A DNA stretch of 64,000 nucleotides from Zancudomyces culisetae HAW-14-8. Lineage: Eukaryota; Fungi; Kickxellomycota. Under the pieces are notes generated by a model. That model saw nothing but the letters and a program-made list of their open reading frames with translations. It was not told the origin of the DNA and did no database searches. Below, piece by piece: positions 10,025 through 22,838 of this stretch (positions are counted from its first letter, which is position 1; the number at the start of each line of letters is the position of its first letter). The stretch spans positions 310,001 to 374,000 of the forward strand of contig JBNJNM010000021.1 in NCBI GenBank assembly GCA_052426225.1, written 5' to 3'. A program made the translations under genes and the position numbers.

Positions 10025-12286
10025 CTACATGTTCTTCCAAGTTTCACAATTAAAAAGAGATTGTTTGTACATAAAGCTTAAGGCAGGTATTAGATCGCCA
10101 GCAGCCTTAAACAGTGGAATCGAAAATGTATTATAAAACACCACCTGAGAGGATGAAAGCCCGGATAAATTCGTGGCTGTATTACAGTCTTCATTTCTAC
10201 CAACCAGCTGATTTTCACAAGATCCATCATTAGAATTAAGGGTGGAGTTGGAATTGGAATTGGTGTCATGTGTTAATAACGAAGCTAGACCCAAGCTACA
10301 CTCAAATTTGGTTTGGTTTGACATTTCGTCAGAAAAGTGGATAGCCCATCGCTCGGATATTTTAAAAGGCCGAGCAGTGTTGGAAATATCGGAGCATTTC
10401 ATTATCAAAGCACACAGTAGTTTTTTATCTTCAAACGAATCTGCAGACAACCAAGATACCGATGAATGCTTAGATGATGGGACAGAATAATCCGATCCAC
10501 TGGCGTTGGCATTTTTTCTGTCTAATATCTCGGCTCTTGTGCGTAGTAAATCTACATACTGGGAATGCCTTGCCATATCAGTTGCCAAAATAATGCTTAT
10601 AGCCAATTCTTTGTTTTTGGCAGCGTAGATGTTCGCTAGATCGCTCCCAGCAGTTAAGGAATCAACATGAGACAAAATGATTGTCAAATTTAATAGGTGG
10701 TAATTTTCAAGGATAGATTGATCGTTAAACAAAATAGATAGTGGAGAGTTAGTATCGGACATCAATTTGTTTGTGAGACCAGGATGACCCAAGTCGTGGC
10801 CTAAACAGGAAAGTATAAGTACAAACCTATCCATAGGGTTGAGAATATCTGCGTTCACAGATAAAGGAGATGCTTTGTCTTGTGAATCGAGTATGTGTAA
10901 AATATAAAATGTCGATTGACAGGTATCTACAGCGTGCCATAGATTGTGATAAGGATTGTCAAGGTAGCCTTGAATCATTGTGCATATGAGATACACAAGT
11001 TGATATAATGAAATACGAAGATCAGCTTTCATAGCCAGTTCAATGAATATCACCAAACAGTATTTGATCATATCTATCTTGTCGTGGTCAAACGCACAAA
11101 ACTCCCACTTAAGCACATTACTCAGAATTTCCCTATACTCTTCACCACTAACCACAAGCTTTCCAAAATTATACACCTCATTTTCGTTTAGTATTTGTAC
11201 ACTTTGGTCATCGTGCACCACTTGATGCAAAATCCAGTTCAAAACAGTTTTACACAAACCTAGAAACTCATGAGTCGAGCAGCTTTGCACCAACTGATCT
11301 TTAAGTGCTTGTATCATCGTGTCAAATACAGTCGAAATCTGATCTAAATGAACCAAACATGTTGTCGAGTCCACAAGATTCAGGGGGGTTTCTTCCTCAT
11401 TATTCAGTTCATTTTCATTCTTAGTGCACGTTCGACCGGATAATATCCACTATAGTTACATATTTAGTTTTGTTGATTTCTTAGTTACTTAATCAATATC
11501 TAATAATAAAAAAACGCACATCGAGTTGAAGCAAATCAATGTCACTGCTTCCTTCAAAGTATTACCTTTTGAAGCAGGGTTACCGAGTTTTTAAATTCAT
11601 CAAGATATCCAGTATCGTTGCCACTAATCGCTTTAAAGCTGGATCCACCCTGCAATTCATCTTCAAGTACTATTATTATATCATTTTATATTCATGAAAC
11701 TTAAAATCCCCCCTTTTCATGGTATTTAACTCAAATTCCACTACATGTCTCTATGTGATAAAAACATGATTGAATCTCCACAAAACATCAACTTACCATA
11801 TATTCCAAAATTATTTTCCATCCCACCTTGGTTTTTCAGTTCTACAAAAAAATCGATTGCTTTTGCTTGGGAACAACTGTGATCCAGTGAAAATACAAGA
11901 ACATGTTTCTTGGTCTTTTGATTTGAAACGATCCACTCCAAAAGCTTTTTAAGTGTTGATATAGCTATAACTATTTCACAATATCACAATAATACATGTG
12001 TTTTAATCCAGTTTAGCTTTTGCTTTAGTATCATAAAAGAATTATGTCTACAAATCAAATTGTCTGATGTAAATCAAGAAAACATCAACTGAATCAGCTA
12101 GACAATCATACCTTTTTCGAAGCTATTAATCAAGGCATCCCCCTCAATGGATACTACGTTGGTAAGTACTTCTTCTTCTCCGTTGTCTGCAACCAAACTG
12201 ATCCCACCGGATTGGGTTTTTTGTATAGTATACTCTCCGGTTTTGAATTTCGTGTAAAGAACTAATGCTTTATCTCGTTTTCTCAT
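10025..12286 (-). CDS. Class I 3',5'-cyclic nucleotide phosphodiesterase, about 4 exons (5' exons less certain)
   Basis: PDEase_I motifs NPYHNLWHAVD, HDLGHPGLTN, SILENYH, ILATDMARH, KCSDISN. Three upstream GT-AG introns (donors near 12111, 11795, 11565) give a continuous frame back to ATG 12286. Confidence 0.88.
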
Positions 12287-15042
12287 TTCGTTTCTTTTAC
12301 TTGTTTTTTTTTGCTTGAATGTTATTTGTCCGCAATTATTCCTCGCCAAAGTATAATTCACTCGGTGGTGCGATTTTCTCAAGTATTTATGGGTTTCTGT
12401 GTATATCTGTGTGTATCATTAAATATAATTATAGTTTATCCATCACATTTAATCCAATTTTATCTAGTAATAGGGGTTTCTCGTCACATCACATTACCTT
12501 GTGTTTATTGCTATTCTTTAAACTTTCCAAAAAAAAAAAGAAAAAACAATATGAAGATTTTCAACCGATTTTGTGAAAATATTGACTGTCTTGGCTCAAC
12601 TGTAGTTACACTTTGTACCTTTTTTTGTCAATGAACACCTGTCAATGTGTTTGTCGATTTCAATGTTATTATTGTACCTATATGTGTAGTACTGAGTACG
12701 CTTCCACTAATATCCTTTTTTGTGTATTTGTTCTTAAAGTGGAAAGCTCAAGTGTTTTTGAATTACTAGTTCCAATCATAAAATTCTCAATAATTACAAT
12801 ATTCTGGCTGGCCATAGAGCAGAGTAGTTCAATTTAAAGTTAATATTATCTGTCCTCTGTCCTGAGTGTACGAGTGTAAAGTTATTGGTGTGCTAGTTCT
12901 TGGTAAAGTATTAATAGTTTTGGTAGCTTTAAAGTGTGTTGTGTTTCTTATTTATGCAGTTGCTAGGTTTTTCAATCAGCTTTGTTATTTGCTCAAATGT
13001 GCAGAGGTCAAAAGTCTAAAACCAAGGAAATAAAATAAATTAGCAAAATAGTGAACAATATTTGCTTCCATTCTTTTGAAATTTCCTCAGTTCTAATTTG
13101 ACAAACTGAGGCTCCGCAGACAAAATTCGTAGGGTTTTGTTTTCTTTGGTCAGTTTTCGCCAATTTAGGAAGAGCAAATGCCAAACTAAAAAAAAGGGGG
13201 AATAAGGAACACAAAAAAAAGTCTGGTACTACGTTTTTACTTTATTTAGTTTATAAACTAGTGCGAATAAGCGAATTGGTGGAAAGTTAATATTGCTAAC
13301 ATAAAACACAAATAATAAATGAATTATAAATACCAGCAAATAGAAATCAAATGGAGTCGTTTTGATTTGTAATGAAAGAAAAACATTTATGCACACTTGG
13401 GATATGCAATTCGATTTTATAATTACAGTATCAAACCAGGTTTACCACTAGAGTTGAAATAATTATTCAAATAAAAAAATAGAACTCACAAGCACATCTT
13501 TACACACCCATGAAAGCTAGTAATGTCCGTGGTGATATTTTCCGTTGGAAAAGATCAAAAGCGAAAGACGCGTGGAGAAAAGAAAAATGGGTTTCTGGTG
13601 TATGCAAAAGTTTCCCTCCAGATTTGTGTGTGAGCTTGACTGAGTAGCTTTTCCTCGAGCTGGGATTATAATTTTTCGTATAATTGTTCATATGTAACGA
13701 GAAACTTGTGTCCACAGGATAAAATAAACTTTTGTTTAAATTAACTTATATTAGCCTAAATCTGCTTTGGAATAGTACAAATAATAACCATCTATATATC
13801 AAGTATAATTCACATAATTACCACGATTGAGACACAGTCCCCTTCTGTGAACCTTTCTTTACCTTTGCAAAAGATCATGGTTGTTTTTTTTTTGGGTCGA
13901 TGTAGTTTATAGAATCTAATAATGACAAAGATAATGCTGTGGTGGGAAACTGATGCAAAGACAATGTGTCGCAGTATTAATGAGTGGAGATGTGATTTGC
14001 TCCTACTGAAATTTAGCAATGGGAATAAACGTGTATAACAGCTCAATTAGTTTCACTCGTACCCTGTATATACAATGATGTCTATTTAGAGAAATGCAAA
14101 GAGGTACAGAGAGTGTATCAAAAAATATACTGTTTCTCATGAGAACAATAATTGATAAAAGATGAGAATGATATCTCACCACTTTTTTTAATGAATTGGG
14201 TTATACGTATTCGTTGATCATAAACCCAGTATTAAAAATAGCAGACACGCATTATATCGCTGTAATTCTGTATTCTATAGTTGGTATGGTGCATACAAAT
14301 ATTCGTATTAATGTTAAATAGCATATTGCAATCGATAATGTTATTTTGTACAACCAGACCAAGGTTATAGAAAGAATCTACTATTTATAAAGTCAACAAA
14401 ACAGTAAATTCAATCCTACAAGTGAATAATATGAGTAAATAAAATTTCTGAGAATATGTATCTAGCTTTTTTATATTAGGCCTTAAGGATAGATGAATAT
14501 ACAAAAAAATACTGAAATATGGAGATGAATATCAAGGCCAAATTATAATATAATGAACATAAGACTCTTCCCAACGCAATATAATAACTTTACAGCAAAA
14601 GCTGTTATATTGAATCCAAAATAAATACTAGAAAAGTAATATAAAAAGGTAAAACAAGTGGAAATTTAGAATCGATTTTTTCTATTTGGTAGACCTATTA
14701 TGAACATTTTTATTGTTTGCTTATTGGTAAGCAACATTTATTAATCTGTAAAACGTCAACAAAAATGATGAATAGTTGAAAATAAACAAAGCGATTTTAG
14801 TAATAATTGCAAACACAAAGGAAATAGCAAAAAATAAAATAAAAACTTGAAAACAATGAGGATACACATCTAATCATTAATAGGTATAGTTAACTTGAAA
14901 ACTCAACCCAAAATACGACCAAAAATAACTCATCTGTCATTTCCAAAGTCCAATTTATCGCAGTTGTAAACAAGCAATACGCCAAAAGATCCTAAAAAAA
15001 AACAATAGCGATAGGATCATAACATACTGACTAGATAAGGAA

Positions 15043-17097
15043 ATGAACAAGAGAAGATTCACACGGCTACCCGAAAAAAGTGCTAGCAATCTAGGCCAAG
15101 GAACAGGGAATCATGCACAGGACGAAAGCAGTAGGATGGGAGCTGAGCACAGGTATTCTTTGGCGCCGCACCAAAACTTTGTGCGGACAGGGAGTATGGA
15201 TCCGCCAAGTATGATCAATAGGCCAGGTGGGAGCTCGGTGTTTTCAGGGAACTCGCGATTTTTGATGGAGCAAAATAAGATGACACCACAGGTGGCAGCG
15301 AGTGCAGGAGGAGTAGCAGCATTGTTAAATAGGCAGGGGTTGATGGGAACGAGCAAAGGAGGAGGGGTAGGCGTACAAACACCAGCTACGCAATTTCGAC
15401 ACAACCTTGGGACGGGAGGAGAAAGAAGACTGACATTTGGAATGGGGATGATGAGTACGGTTCACAGGGGAGAAAAGGTAAAGGATCCAAGGCCACTACG
15501 AGATAAAGAATTTCAAAAGAGGGCAGCCGAAAGGATAATGACATATTTGGCAGAACAAGGGAGAGGTGGTATTGTAACGAGCAATCTTTTTAACAATCCA
15601 ACAAATAAAGATTTTCAAAATGTGTTTAGGTTTTTGTATGAAAAGTTGGATGCAAGATATGCATACACGAAAAAGTTTGAGGAGGAGGTACCGGTGATAT
15701 TGCGAAATATCCGATATCCATTTGTTGATTCAATTTCGAAATCGCAGCTTTACGCAGCAGGATCAGTGCATGCATGGCCTACAATACTAGGGATGTTATT
15801 GTGGATGACAGAGGTGTGTATGATATATGATTTAATTCCGAACGATCCACTTGAGTTTAGTGAGAGAATGGACGCAAATACTGAGAGGAGTGCGGAGCAG
15901 GTTGAGGAGGCTGAAATGAGAAAGCAAAACCAGGCTTTTTTTCGATATTTGGTCAAATCTTACCCTTTGTGGTTGGAAAACAAAGAGGAGCCACCAGAGA
16001 TAGAAGAGGAACTCAAAGCATATTTTGATGAAAAGAATGAGCGGTTGAGACATGAAGTAAGTAAAAAAGAGGAACGGATTGCGGAGCTACGAAAAAAGGT
16101 GGAGGAGAATCGGGGCAGCGAAAGGCCATTGGCACAGGTGCAGAGGAAAAAGCAAGTATTGATAAGCGACATTCAAAAGTTCGAAATGTATATAGATCGA
16201 TTGGAGCGTAAAATAAAGAGACTACGTGAACATGTGAAGGAAAAAGGACAAGAAATCGAAGAAGGACTGAGGGAAAATGCGGAACAAGAACAAGAGATTG
16301 AAAAACTCAAGAGAATAATTGATACGCAGGAAATAAGTATTGTGGAAGCAAATAGGCTGAACCAGGAAAAAGAAAGCTTGAGTGTAACTCTAAAAGGTCT
16401 TCAAGATAAGCTAAAGGAGGTACAGGAGCGGTTATGGCAAAAAGAGGTAGAGTACCAGCGACGCATAGACAGAGTAGAAAACAATCAGCAGATATACATC
16501 AATAGTGTGCAACAAATGGATGTAGATATTGAAGAGTACAACATTCCGATTGACACAGAAAACATATTAACAATTTCAGCAAGCCAACAAGGCAGTGGCA
16601 GTAATCTTAAGAATAACGAGGTACTTATGAAGGTTAAAACCAAGCTATTTAGGGATAAAGAAATTCTCTATAGCCAAATTCATAAGATAGAAACAGAGAT
16701 AATCAAGCTTAGAGAGCAGCGGGATTTGTTGGGTGAGCAAAAAACCGACATGAATTACCGACTGGATGAATTAGAAAAGCAGGTGACCAAAGCACAAAAC
16801 AAATACCTGGAGTTACGACAGCTAGCCAACATGGAAATTGGACAATATTGTGATACGTTTGACAAATTGGAGGACGAAATTGCGACGTATGAAAGACAGA
16901 TTAACAAAATGGAAAGTGAATTGGCAACACAGAGTAAAAAATGGAAAGATAAATTAACCGATTTAAACAAAAAATACAGGGAAAGCGTCGCAGGATACGC
17001 TAGAGAGATTCAAATAGTGAGCGAGGAAATCAACAAGATGCAACAGTTTATAGTCGAAAAGGCAAACGAGCTGGACAAAGAAATAAGCACAGGCTGA
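15043..17097 (+). CDS. NDC80: Kinetochore protein Ndc80/Hec1
   Basis: Basic disordered N-tail, KDPRPLRDK, PTNKDFQNVFRFLY, YPFVDSISKSQL, HAWPTILGMLLW (Ndc80 CH domain), long coiled coil. Confidence 0.95.
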   Translation: MNKRRFTRLPEKSASNLGQGTGNHAQDESSRMGAEHRYSLAPHQNFVRTGSMDPPSMINRPGGSSVFSGNSRFLMEQNKMTPQVAASAGGVAALLNRQGLMGTSKGGGVGVQTPATQFRHNLGTGGERRLTFGMGMMSTVHRGEKVKDPRPLRDKEFQKRAAERIMTYLAEQGRGGIVTSNLFNNPTNKDFQNVFRFLYEKLDARYAYTKKFEEEVPVILRNIRYPFVDSISKSQLYAAGSVHAWPTILGMLLWMTEVCMIYDLIPNDPLEFSERMDANTERSAEQVEEAEMRKQNQAFFRYLVKSYPLWLENKEEPPEIEEELKAYFDEKNERLRHEVSKKEERIAELRKKVEENRGSERPLAQVQRKKQVLISDIQKFEMYIDRLERKIKRLREHVKEKGQEIEEGLRENAEQEQEIEKLKRIIDTQEISIVEANRLNQEKESLSVTLKGLQDKLKEVQERLWQKEVEYQRRIDRVENNQQIYINSVQQMDVDIEEYNIPIDTENILTISASQQGSGSNLKNNEVLMKVKTKLFRDKEILYSQIHKIETEIIKLREQRDLLGEQKTDMNYRLDELEKQVTKAQNKYLELRQLANMEIGQYCDTFDKLEDEIATYERQINKMESELATQSKKWKDKLTDLNKKYRESVAGYAREIQIVSEEINKMQQFIVEKANELDKEISTG

Positions 17098-17100
17098 TCC

Positions 17101-18479
17101 TCATAGCGAGCGCAACGATAATACAGATCGTACATCGCCAATAAACCTCAATGCATCCAGAAAGGGCAGTAAATCTAGCAAACCCTCATCCTTTGGGTCG
17201 TCGTTGAACCATGCATTTATTGGAATTGCATTTTCTATTTATTGTTATCCATCATCAAGTTTTATATATATGTTTATATGCTTATCTAACCATCACTTTA
17301 CTTGTATTTACTAGTCATTAAACTAACTTTACCTTGGTTAATAAAGTACGAAGCCGACGAATTGTCAACCAAAATCACCTGCGACAAATCATTACTTATC
17401 ACTCTCAAGTCCTTGGTATATCCTGTGGATGTGTACGGAATGCATGACTATTTTGATTAATTGTCATTATTTTTTTGCGTGTTAAATTGATTCAGTATTT
17501 CTGTAGTGTCTAACTATCTAAATATTCTTAGTTAACTTTACTTACATCTCTAAAAAGTCTGTTGGATACCAATACCCCCTTGGGATCTAGAAAGCTAATA
17601 ACTGGATCTGCGTACTCGGGAACAGAAGCTGTAAATATTACGACATTGTACCATTCACTAACCTATATTCACATTCAAATCTTTCCATCAGCTTTGTTCC
17701 AATAAGCATTTTAGTTTTTTTTTTTAAAACTAAACTGGTCATACCAAACCTAATGTATTTACCTTTCTTAAAAAATAATCGACATATGGCCGTTTGTATA
17801 CGTAATACAGGCATGCCATTTTGTCAATCACCACCTCGATCCTTAAATGTGCTTTGTATGTCCCGTGTGGTGACGAATGTATCAATGTTTCATCGAGATC
17901 CAGCACCAGATATTTTTTCTTTAGTGGTGGTTTACTCATCATCGCCATCCCTCCTTTACTGTTCAGTTTATCTTTAGCAAGCATATCTAATCTATCTCCT
18001 TTATAGCTGTTTTTATCACCGGCACTCTTATTCTTATCGCTGAGCTGCAATTCATGGCCCTTTCCGTCATTTTTGCTTACTCCAAAGGATTTTAATCTGC
18101 CTGCCTTATTTTTGTTCTCGTTTCCGTGATCATATCCATCATTGCTGGTGATCGAATGTTCTCGAGAGGGAAATTCGTATTTTACCTTCACATCCTTGCG
18201 CTTTCTCAACACCATTTCCCTCGCTTCATCGTAATTTTCAGGCTCCATTGGTAGCTCTACATTCTTAATATCTCGGTTATCCGTCTCGTTTCTACCTGCT
18301 TCTTTACTTTCCGTGTACTTAATAGGTTGAAATTCATCTATTGTTACAGGAACTGGTAGTAGCCTGGCAATATAGAACAATGGCGGCACATACATCAAGA
18401 TCTTGTATATTAGAGCGTAAATATATATAATCCCCATTTTGAGCAGTATATAGCCTGATTTCCTTTTTAAGGTTTCCAT
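17101..18479 (-). CDS. NEM1: Nem1/CTDNEP1-like HAD (FCP/SCP family) phosphatase, at least 4 coding exons; may extend 5' toward ~18710
   Basis: N-terminal hydrophobic segment, [24 protein letters not shown]|[52 protein letters not shown]; three GT-AG introns; stop TGA 17101-17103. Confidence 0.88.
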
Positions 18480-19526
18480 TTTTCGTGCTGCGTGCTCTTT
18501 TAAATCTTTTAAAATGTATTCTAGGTTAATTCGTTAGTTTTTTTATATTGTTTTTGACCTACAGGTTCTTATTGAATGGTTAGTTGAATATACTTTTTAT
18601 AAGAAAAAAGAGGATTAAACGTAAAAATTATGTGAACAGTTCAATGGTAATATCCTCATAAAAAATGAATTAAGGGAGTAGCGAAAGGATGTAATTAGTC
18701 CTATGTTCATATATCTGTCTATTTTATTTTTATTTTTATTTTTATTTTGTTTTTCTTTTTTGCAGCATAGGATGTATAATTTTAACTAAGGAAAAGTTTT
18801 CTCTGAATTAACTAAAAGTCAATTTCCAGTCATAATCTGGTGTTTTCTTTTTACAAAACGCGGCTATCACAAGGGTTTTTCAATTATCTAATAGACTAGG
18901 TAATTTGCTCTATTTTAATACTCTTACCCGCATTTACGGGTTTTGGATAAAGCAAAGATGTGGAACGAAAAATGAAAAACAAATTAGAACTACCCAACTC
19001 TAAACAAGAAACAATTATTTGTTTTTTCAATGATTTTTTTCTTCAATTTGATTAGCGTACTGGCAAAACCTTCTGTAGTTATTTTGGCCCATATAGCCCA
19101 TGCATATACCCACTAGCTACCAAAAAAAGATACAAGTAAAAAAAAATAGAAAAAGTAGAAAAAGCTAAGCTAGGAAGCTTGAAAATAACTGAGCTGTAGC
19201 AAAGTGAGTACGATAAGGACTAGGTAGATTTTGACTTTTATATTGGGTTTATCAAGAAAAATAGATGTATAAAATGGCGTAGCAGTAAAAGGTGCCAAAT
19301 AAAGAAAAGACATCCATTTTGTCCATTTTCATCTTGGTGATGTGAGATTTAATATTTTGATGAAGAGAATCCAATCAATTCACAAGAAAAAAAAAACTAA
19401 AACTAAAAGATGATATTTTATTTTTAAACTGAATATTCTGGAAGTACTAGACAACTGTTGATGTCGAAATCCTGAAAATGAATAGAGAGAGAAGAAACAA
19501 AAATATATACACATGAAAACAGCTTT

Positions 19527-21905
19527 CTAAAAGAATTTACGGTTTTTTTTGGCAAGCTGCATCTTTTCCTTTTTCGACAACTTGTTTTTGTCAATCTTTT
19601 CAAGCTCCAACAATATATTGGATTTCGATTTCGATTTCGATTTGGACTTGGATTTAGACTTTGACTTTGACTTTGGATCGCTTTTGTTGGTATCACTAAT
19701 ACTCGCTTCATCGTCTTCAGTCGCCTTTTTCTTATTTTTGCTCTTTGAGCTCTTTGATGATTTACTTGACGACACACTCGCTTTCTTTTTCTGCTTTCCC
19801 ACATCATTATCATTACCAGCGAGGGATGTTTTTGATTTTTCATCTTGTCCTTGCCCCTCATCTTCACTGTTGCTCATATCTTGAAAGGGCATTGCGTTAT
19901 CCAATTTGGGTTTTTTGTTGAGAGACTCACCACCGCTCTTTCCGTCAAGTGCACCAGCAGAAATACCATCAAAATTCAGAATATCATCAAACATGGCTCG
20001 CTTTTTGACACTGGAAGTCTCACTGTTCATCCAGCTTTCTTTTTTAAGTTTGTACAGCTCAACTTTACAGTTCTTCAGCACAAATTTACCGAAAAATGAA
20101 TCCTTAATGCGGTTTTCGTTGTGGACAAGTTGATCAAGAATTATTTGCTTGTGCTTCAGATCTGATTTTGTGTACAGCTTGTCAATGATGTGCGACCCAA
20201 ATTTATCCATAGCCATATCGCAAATGTGGGATTTAAACATTCCACCACCTTCGGCAGACATTAGTCTGTGTTTATATTTCTGTGGGACGCTAGTTACTGG
20301 TGCCATTATAAAGGCCTCGATCACTCGTGAGCCTGTACTATCTTTTGAAAACTTTAGCATTCGCTCTATTGGTAACCCCAGCAAGCTGTGTATATACTTT
20401 CGATTGTATTCACTTGGAAAAGTAAATATTTTTTCAAGAATTATTGCGGTTTGAATATTTACTTTTGTGCTTCCATTAGTATTGTTGAACTCTACCAATG
20501 CCTCAATCAAGTTTTCGTTTTTGGTTTTTAAGCATTTACTTAAGTCTGTAATAAATCGTTTGTATTCACATCCAACAGTCACACAAGCTGAGGCTAGAGC
20601 ACTGATTACCCCCAATCTTCCTGATTCCAATACTTCCATAAACAGTGGTAGCATCTCCTCCATAACTAGCGAAAGCTGGGGCTCCAATTTGATGTTTCTT
20701 ATATAACTCTGTACCACAAAATTACCATTTTCATGAAGACTCAGTTCCTTTAAGTTGCCTCGTACGACTGCCTGGTATATTCTATTGAACCCGTCGGCTG
20801 ATACAACCTCGATTACCTTTTGAACCAGATGAGATCCTACCACATCAAGCGATAGCTGAACACCCGCCTTATTTTTGCTATTTTCGTTAGTAATGACACC
20901 AAGCAGCTGATCAAGTAGCATTCCTGGGATCTCACCCATACCAAGCTCCACCTGTGCTTCGATCATCAGCTGTAGTGTTGGATTGCCAATTTGATCATAT
21001 GCCATCCTCATCCCAATGTTGTTTTCGCCTAGGCTAGTAGTTTCACTCAGTAGTTGCTTCAATAGCTTTGTAAATGACTTTGGAACTTTGTATCGAGATT
21101 GTTGTTGCCGTCCTTTCGGCTGCTGGTCATTTTCTAGCATAAATTGATTCTTATTTTCTTTATACTGTGTCGATTTTTTACTTCTCATTAGTTTATTATT
21201 CATTTTTTTGCCTGATAGTAGATAAATCAATGCTCTAATCACATGTGAACTGTAGCTGTTAAACATCAAAAACTCCCAATGTTTCTGAAGCTCCTCAATA
21301 AACTCAATAATCATCTCCTCAAATCCCATTTCTTCTTCCATCTCTTCAAGCTTCATTTTCATTTTATTTTCTGTGCCACTAACCTCTTCGTCGATATACT
21401 TTGCCATCAGTGTCAGTGCTGTTTGTAAAACATGCGATCCAAACCTATGTATAACCAACTCTATTTGGTGTCCTCTGGTCTTACTAAATATTTTGAATAG
21501 AAACTCTTTATCTGATCTGCTCAGCATTTTTTCCAATACAACCGAGCAACCATGATCTGTCATCATTATTAACTCTCGATCTTTCATTTCCTCACGTATC
21601 CTCGACAACAGTATCTCTCTTTCCTCTCCCAGATCCTCAACATCCATCCCGTCACCATTTACATCGCGTTGGCTCTCTTTGTACTCGATCATTTCCACTT
21701 TTTCCTGCGCGTTTTTTAAGTACGCCTGCAAGTCTGGATTCATGACACCAAACGAGGCCGGATGTATTCCTTCGGGTCTTTTATCCATTTCGCCTTCAAA
21801 TCGCATTCCTCTCTCGTCTATAATGAACAGTGGTGTATCCTCCATCGAAGGTGCCTCGTATGCTCCATGAGCTCCGCCAACTTCTGCCGTATCGTTCTTG
21901 CTCAT
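19527..21905 (-). CDS. NOP9: Nucleolar protein 9 (Pumilio/PUF repeat, 18S rRNA maturation)
   Basis: FGVMNPDLQAY N-terminal motif, PUF-like repeats (FGSHVLQT, YSSHVIR, GSHLVQ, GNFVVQ, GSRVIE, FGSHIID), K/S-rich tail. Confidence 0.92.
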   Translation of the reverse strand: MSKNDTAEVGGAHGAYEAPSMEDTPLFIIDERGMRFEGEMDKRPEGIHPASFGVMNPDLQAYLKNAQEKVEMIEYKESQRDVNGDGMDVEDLGEEREILLSRIREEMKDRELIMMTDHGCSVVLEKMLSRSDKEFLFKIFSKTRGHQIELVIHRFGSHVLQTALTLMAKYIDEEVSGTENKMKMKLEEMEEEMGFEEMIIEFIEELQKHWEFLMFNSYSSHVIRALIYLLSGKKMNNKLMRSKKSTQYKENKNQFMLENDQQPKGRQQQSRYKVPKSFTKLLKQLLSETTSLGENNIGMRMAYDQIGNPTLQLMIEAQVELGMGEIPGMLLDQLLGVITNENSKNKAGVQLSLDVVGSHLVQKVIEVVSADGFNRIYQAVVRGNLKELSLHENGNFVVQSYIRNIKLEPQLSLVMEEMLPLFMEVLESGRLGVISALASACVTVGCEYKRFITDLSKCLKTKNENLIEALVEFNNTNGSTKVNIQTAIILEKIFTFPSEYNRKYIHSLLGLPIERMLKFSKDSTGSRVIEAFIMAPVTSVPQKYKHRLMSAEGGGMFKSHICDMAMDKFGSHIIDKLYTKSDLKHKQIILDQLVHNENRIKDSFFGKFVLKNCKVELYKLKKESWMNSETSSVKKRAMFDDILNFDGISAGALDGKSGGESLNKKPKLDNAMPFQDMSNSEDEGQGQDEKSKTSLAGNDNDVGKQKKKASVSSSKSSKSSKSKNKKKATEDDEASISDTNKSDPKSKSKSKSKSKSKSKSKSNILLELEKIDKNKLSKKEKMQLAKKNRKFF

Positions 21906-22107
21906 ATTTCTGCTTAAAACCAGTCGCTAAAAGGTATATATGTTGTTCAGTATGTATGGTTCAATGCTTTCTGTGCTTTATTTATACTCGTATTATATGG
22001 AATGTTTTTCTAAGTTTTCACAAAAGCCTTGTGAATTGATGAACCCGATTTTGATCATTTACATTTAACCGGGGGGTTTTTTTTTTGTAGATCTGGTAGA
22101 AAAAATT

Positions 22108-22180
22108 TTTTTACGGGAAAATTCATCAAAAAACCTGGTAATAATTGCATCACAACCCAAAAAAAATTTTTTTTTTTTGC
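22108..22180. promoter_or_regulatory. RRPE-like (AAAAWTTTT) elements in the NOP9/GPI11 divergent promoter
   Basis: gaaaaaattttttt near 22109 and aaaaaaattttttt near 22160, ~200-270 bp upstream of a ribosome-biogenesis gene; such motifs are common in this AT-rich DNA. Confidence 0.4.
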
Positions 22181-22584
22181 CAGGTGCAAAATCGACTACA
22201 AATAAAGAATAGAGCAGGCACATTTTTTCAACGTGCAGAGCAAATGGCTTCAACTACTTTCACACCGCCTGGTTAGCTTGAGTTCATCTTTTCAGATGTC
22301 CAGTGTTCTAGTCCCAATGGCATATTTTGCAAGTGCTCCTTTCCCTGATGCAAACGTCACCACAGCACAAAGTTAATAATCAGCATAAGCTAATTATTAT
22401 TACCTGTGGACACGTTTGCCTTTTCCTGCCCGTTATAGTTGCTTTTATGTTTTTTTCTACACCACACAGTTCTGTTGTTTCGGTACTACAATCATGGAAA
22501 ACCATCCCTTTGTCGAATTTTATTGAACATTACGTAAATTATTGGATAAAACACAACAAACCTCACAAAGGTTGAAAACGAAAC

Positions 22585-22623
22585 TAGAAAATAGAAAATA
22601 GAAAATAGAAAATAGAAAATAGG
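22585..22623 (+). repeat. Tandem repeat (TAGAAAA)x5
   Basis: Seen directly. Confidence 0.9.
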
Positions 22624-22838
22624 GAAAAAATCACTCAAACACAAACACAATCTAAACATCCCAGCCTTTTATTTAGAGTATTTTGGACGCGACCTTTATA
22701 CTTACTTTTTGTTCGCAGGTTTTACAATAGTGTACATTAAGCCAAGATAAAACGATACCAACCCTTTTGTTGAACGCTTGGGTTATTTAGTTAGTATAAA
22801 TATACTGGATTACTGGAAATCAACGATAGAGCAAAACG

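Noticed and set aside
12000-12064. Alternative PDE acceptors that would put a TGA in frame (possible Sec)
   Set aside because: A longer canonical intron ending near 11965 gives a clean frame; one alternative also hits TAA, and no Cys-aligned site supports Sec.
13510-13647. 45-aa ATG ORF (MKASNVRGDIFRWKRS...)
   Set aside because: Too short, with no motif or supporting context.
14390-14975. Forkhead-like sites (GTAAACAA, GTCAACAA) upstream of NDC80
   Set aside because: Plausible for a mitotic gene but expected by chance in such A-rich DNA.
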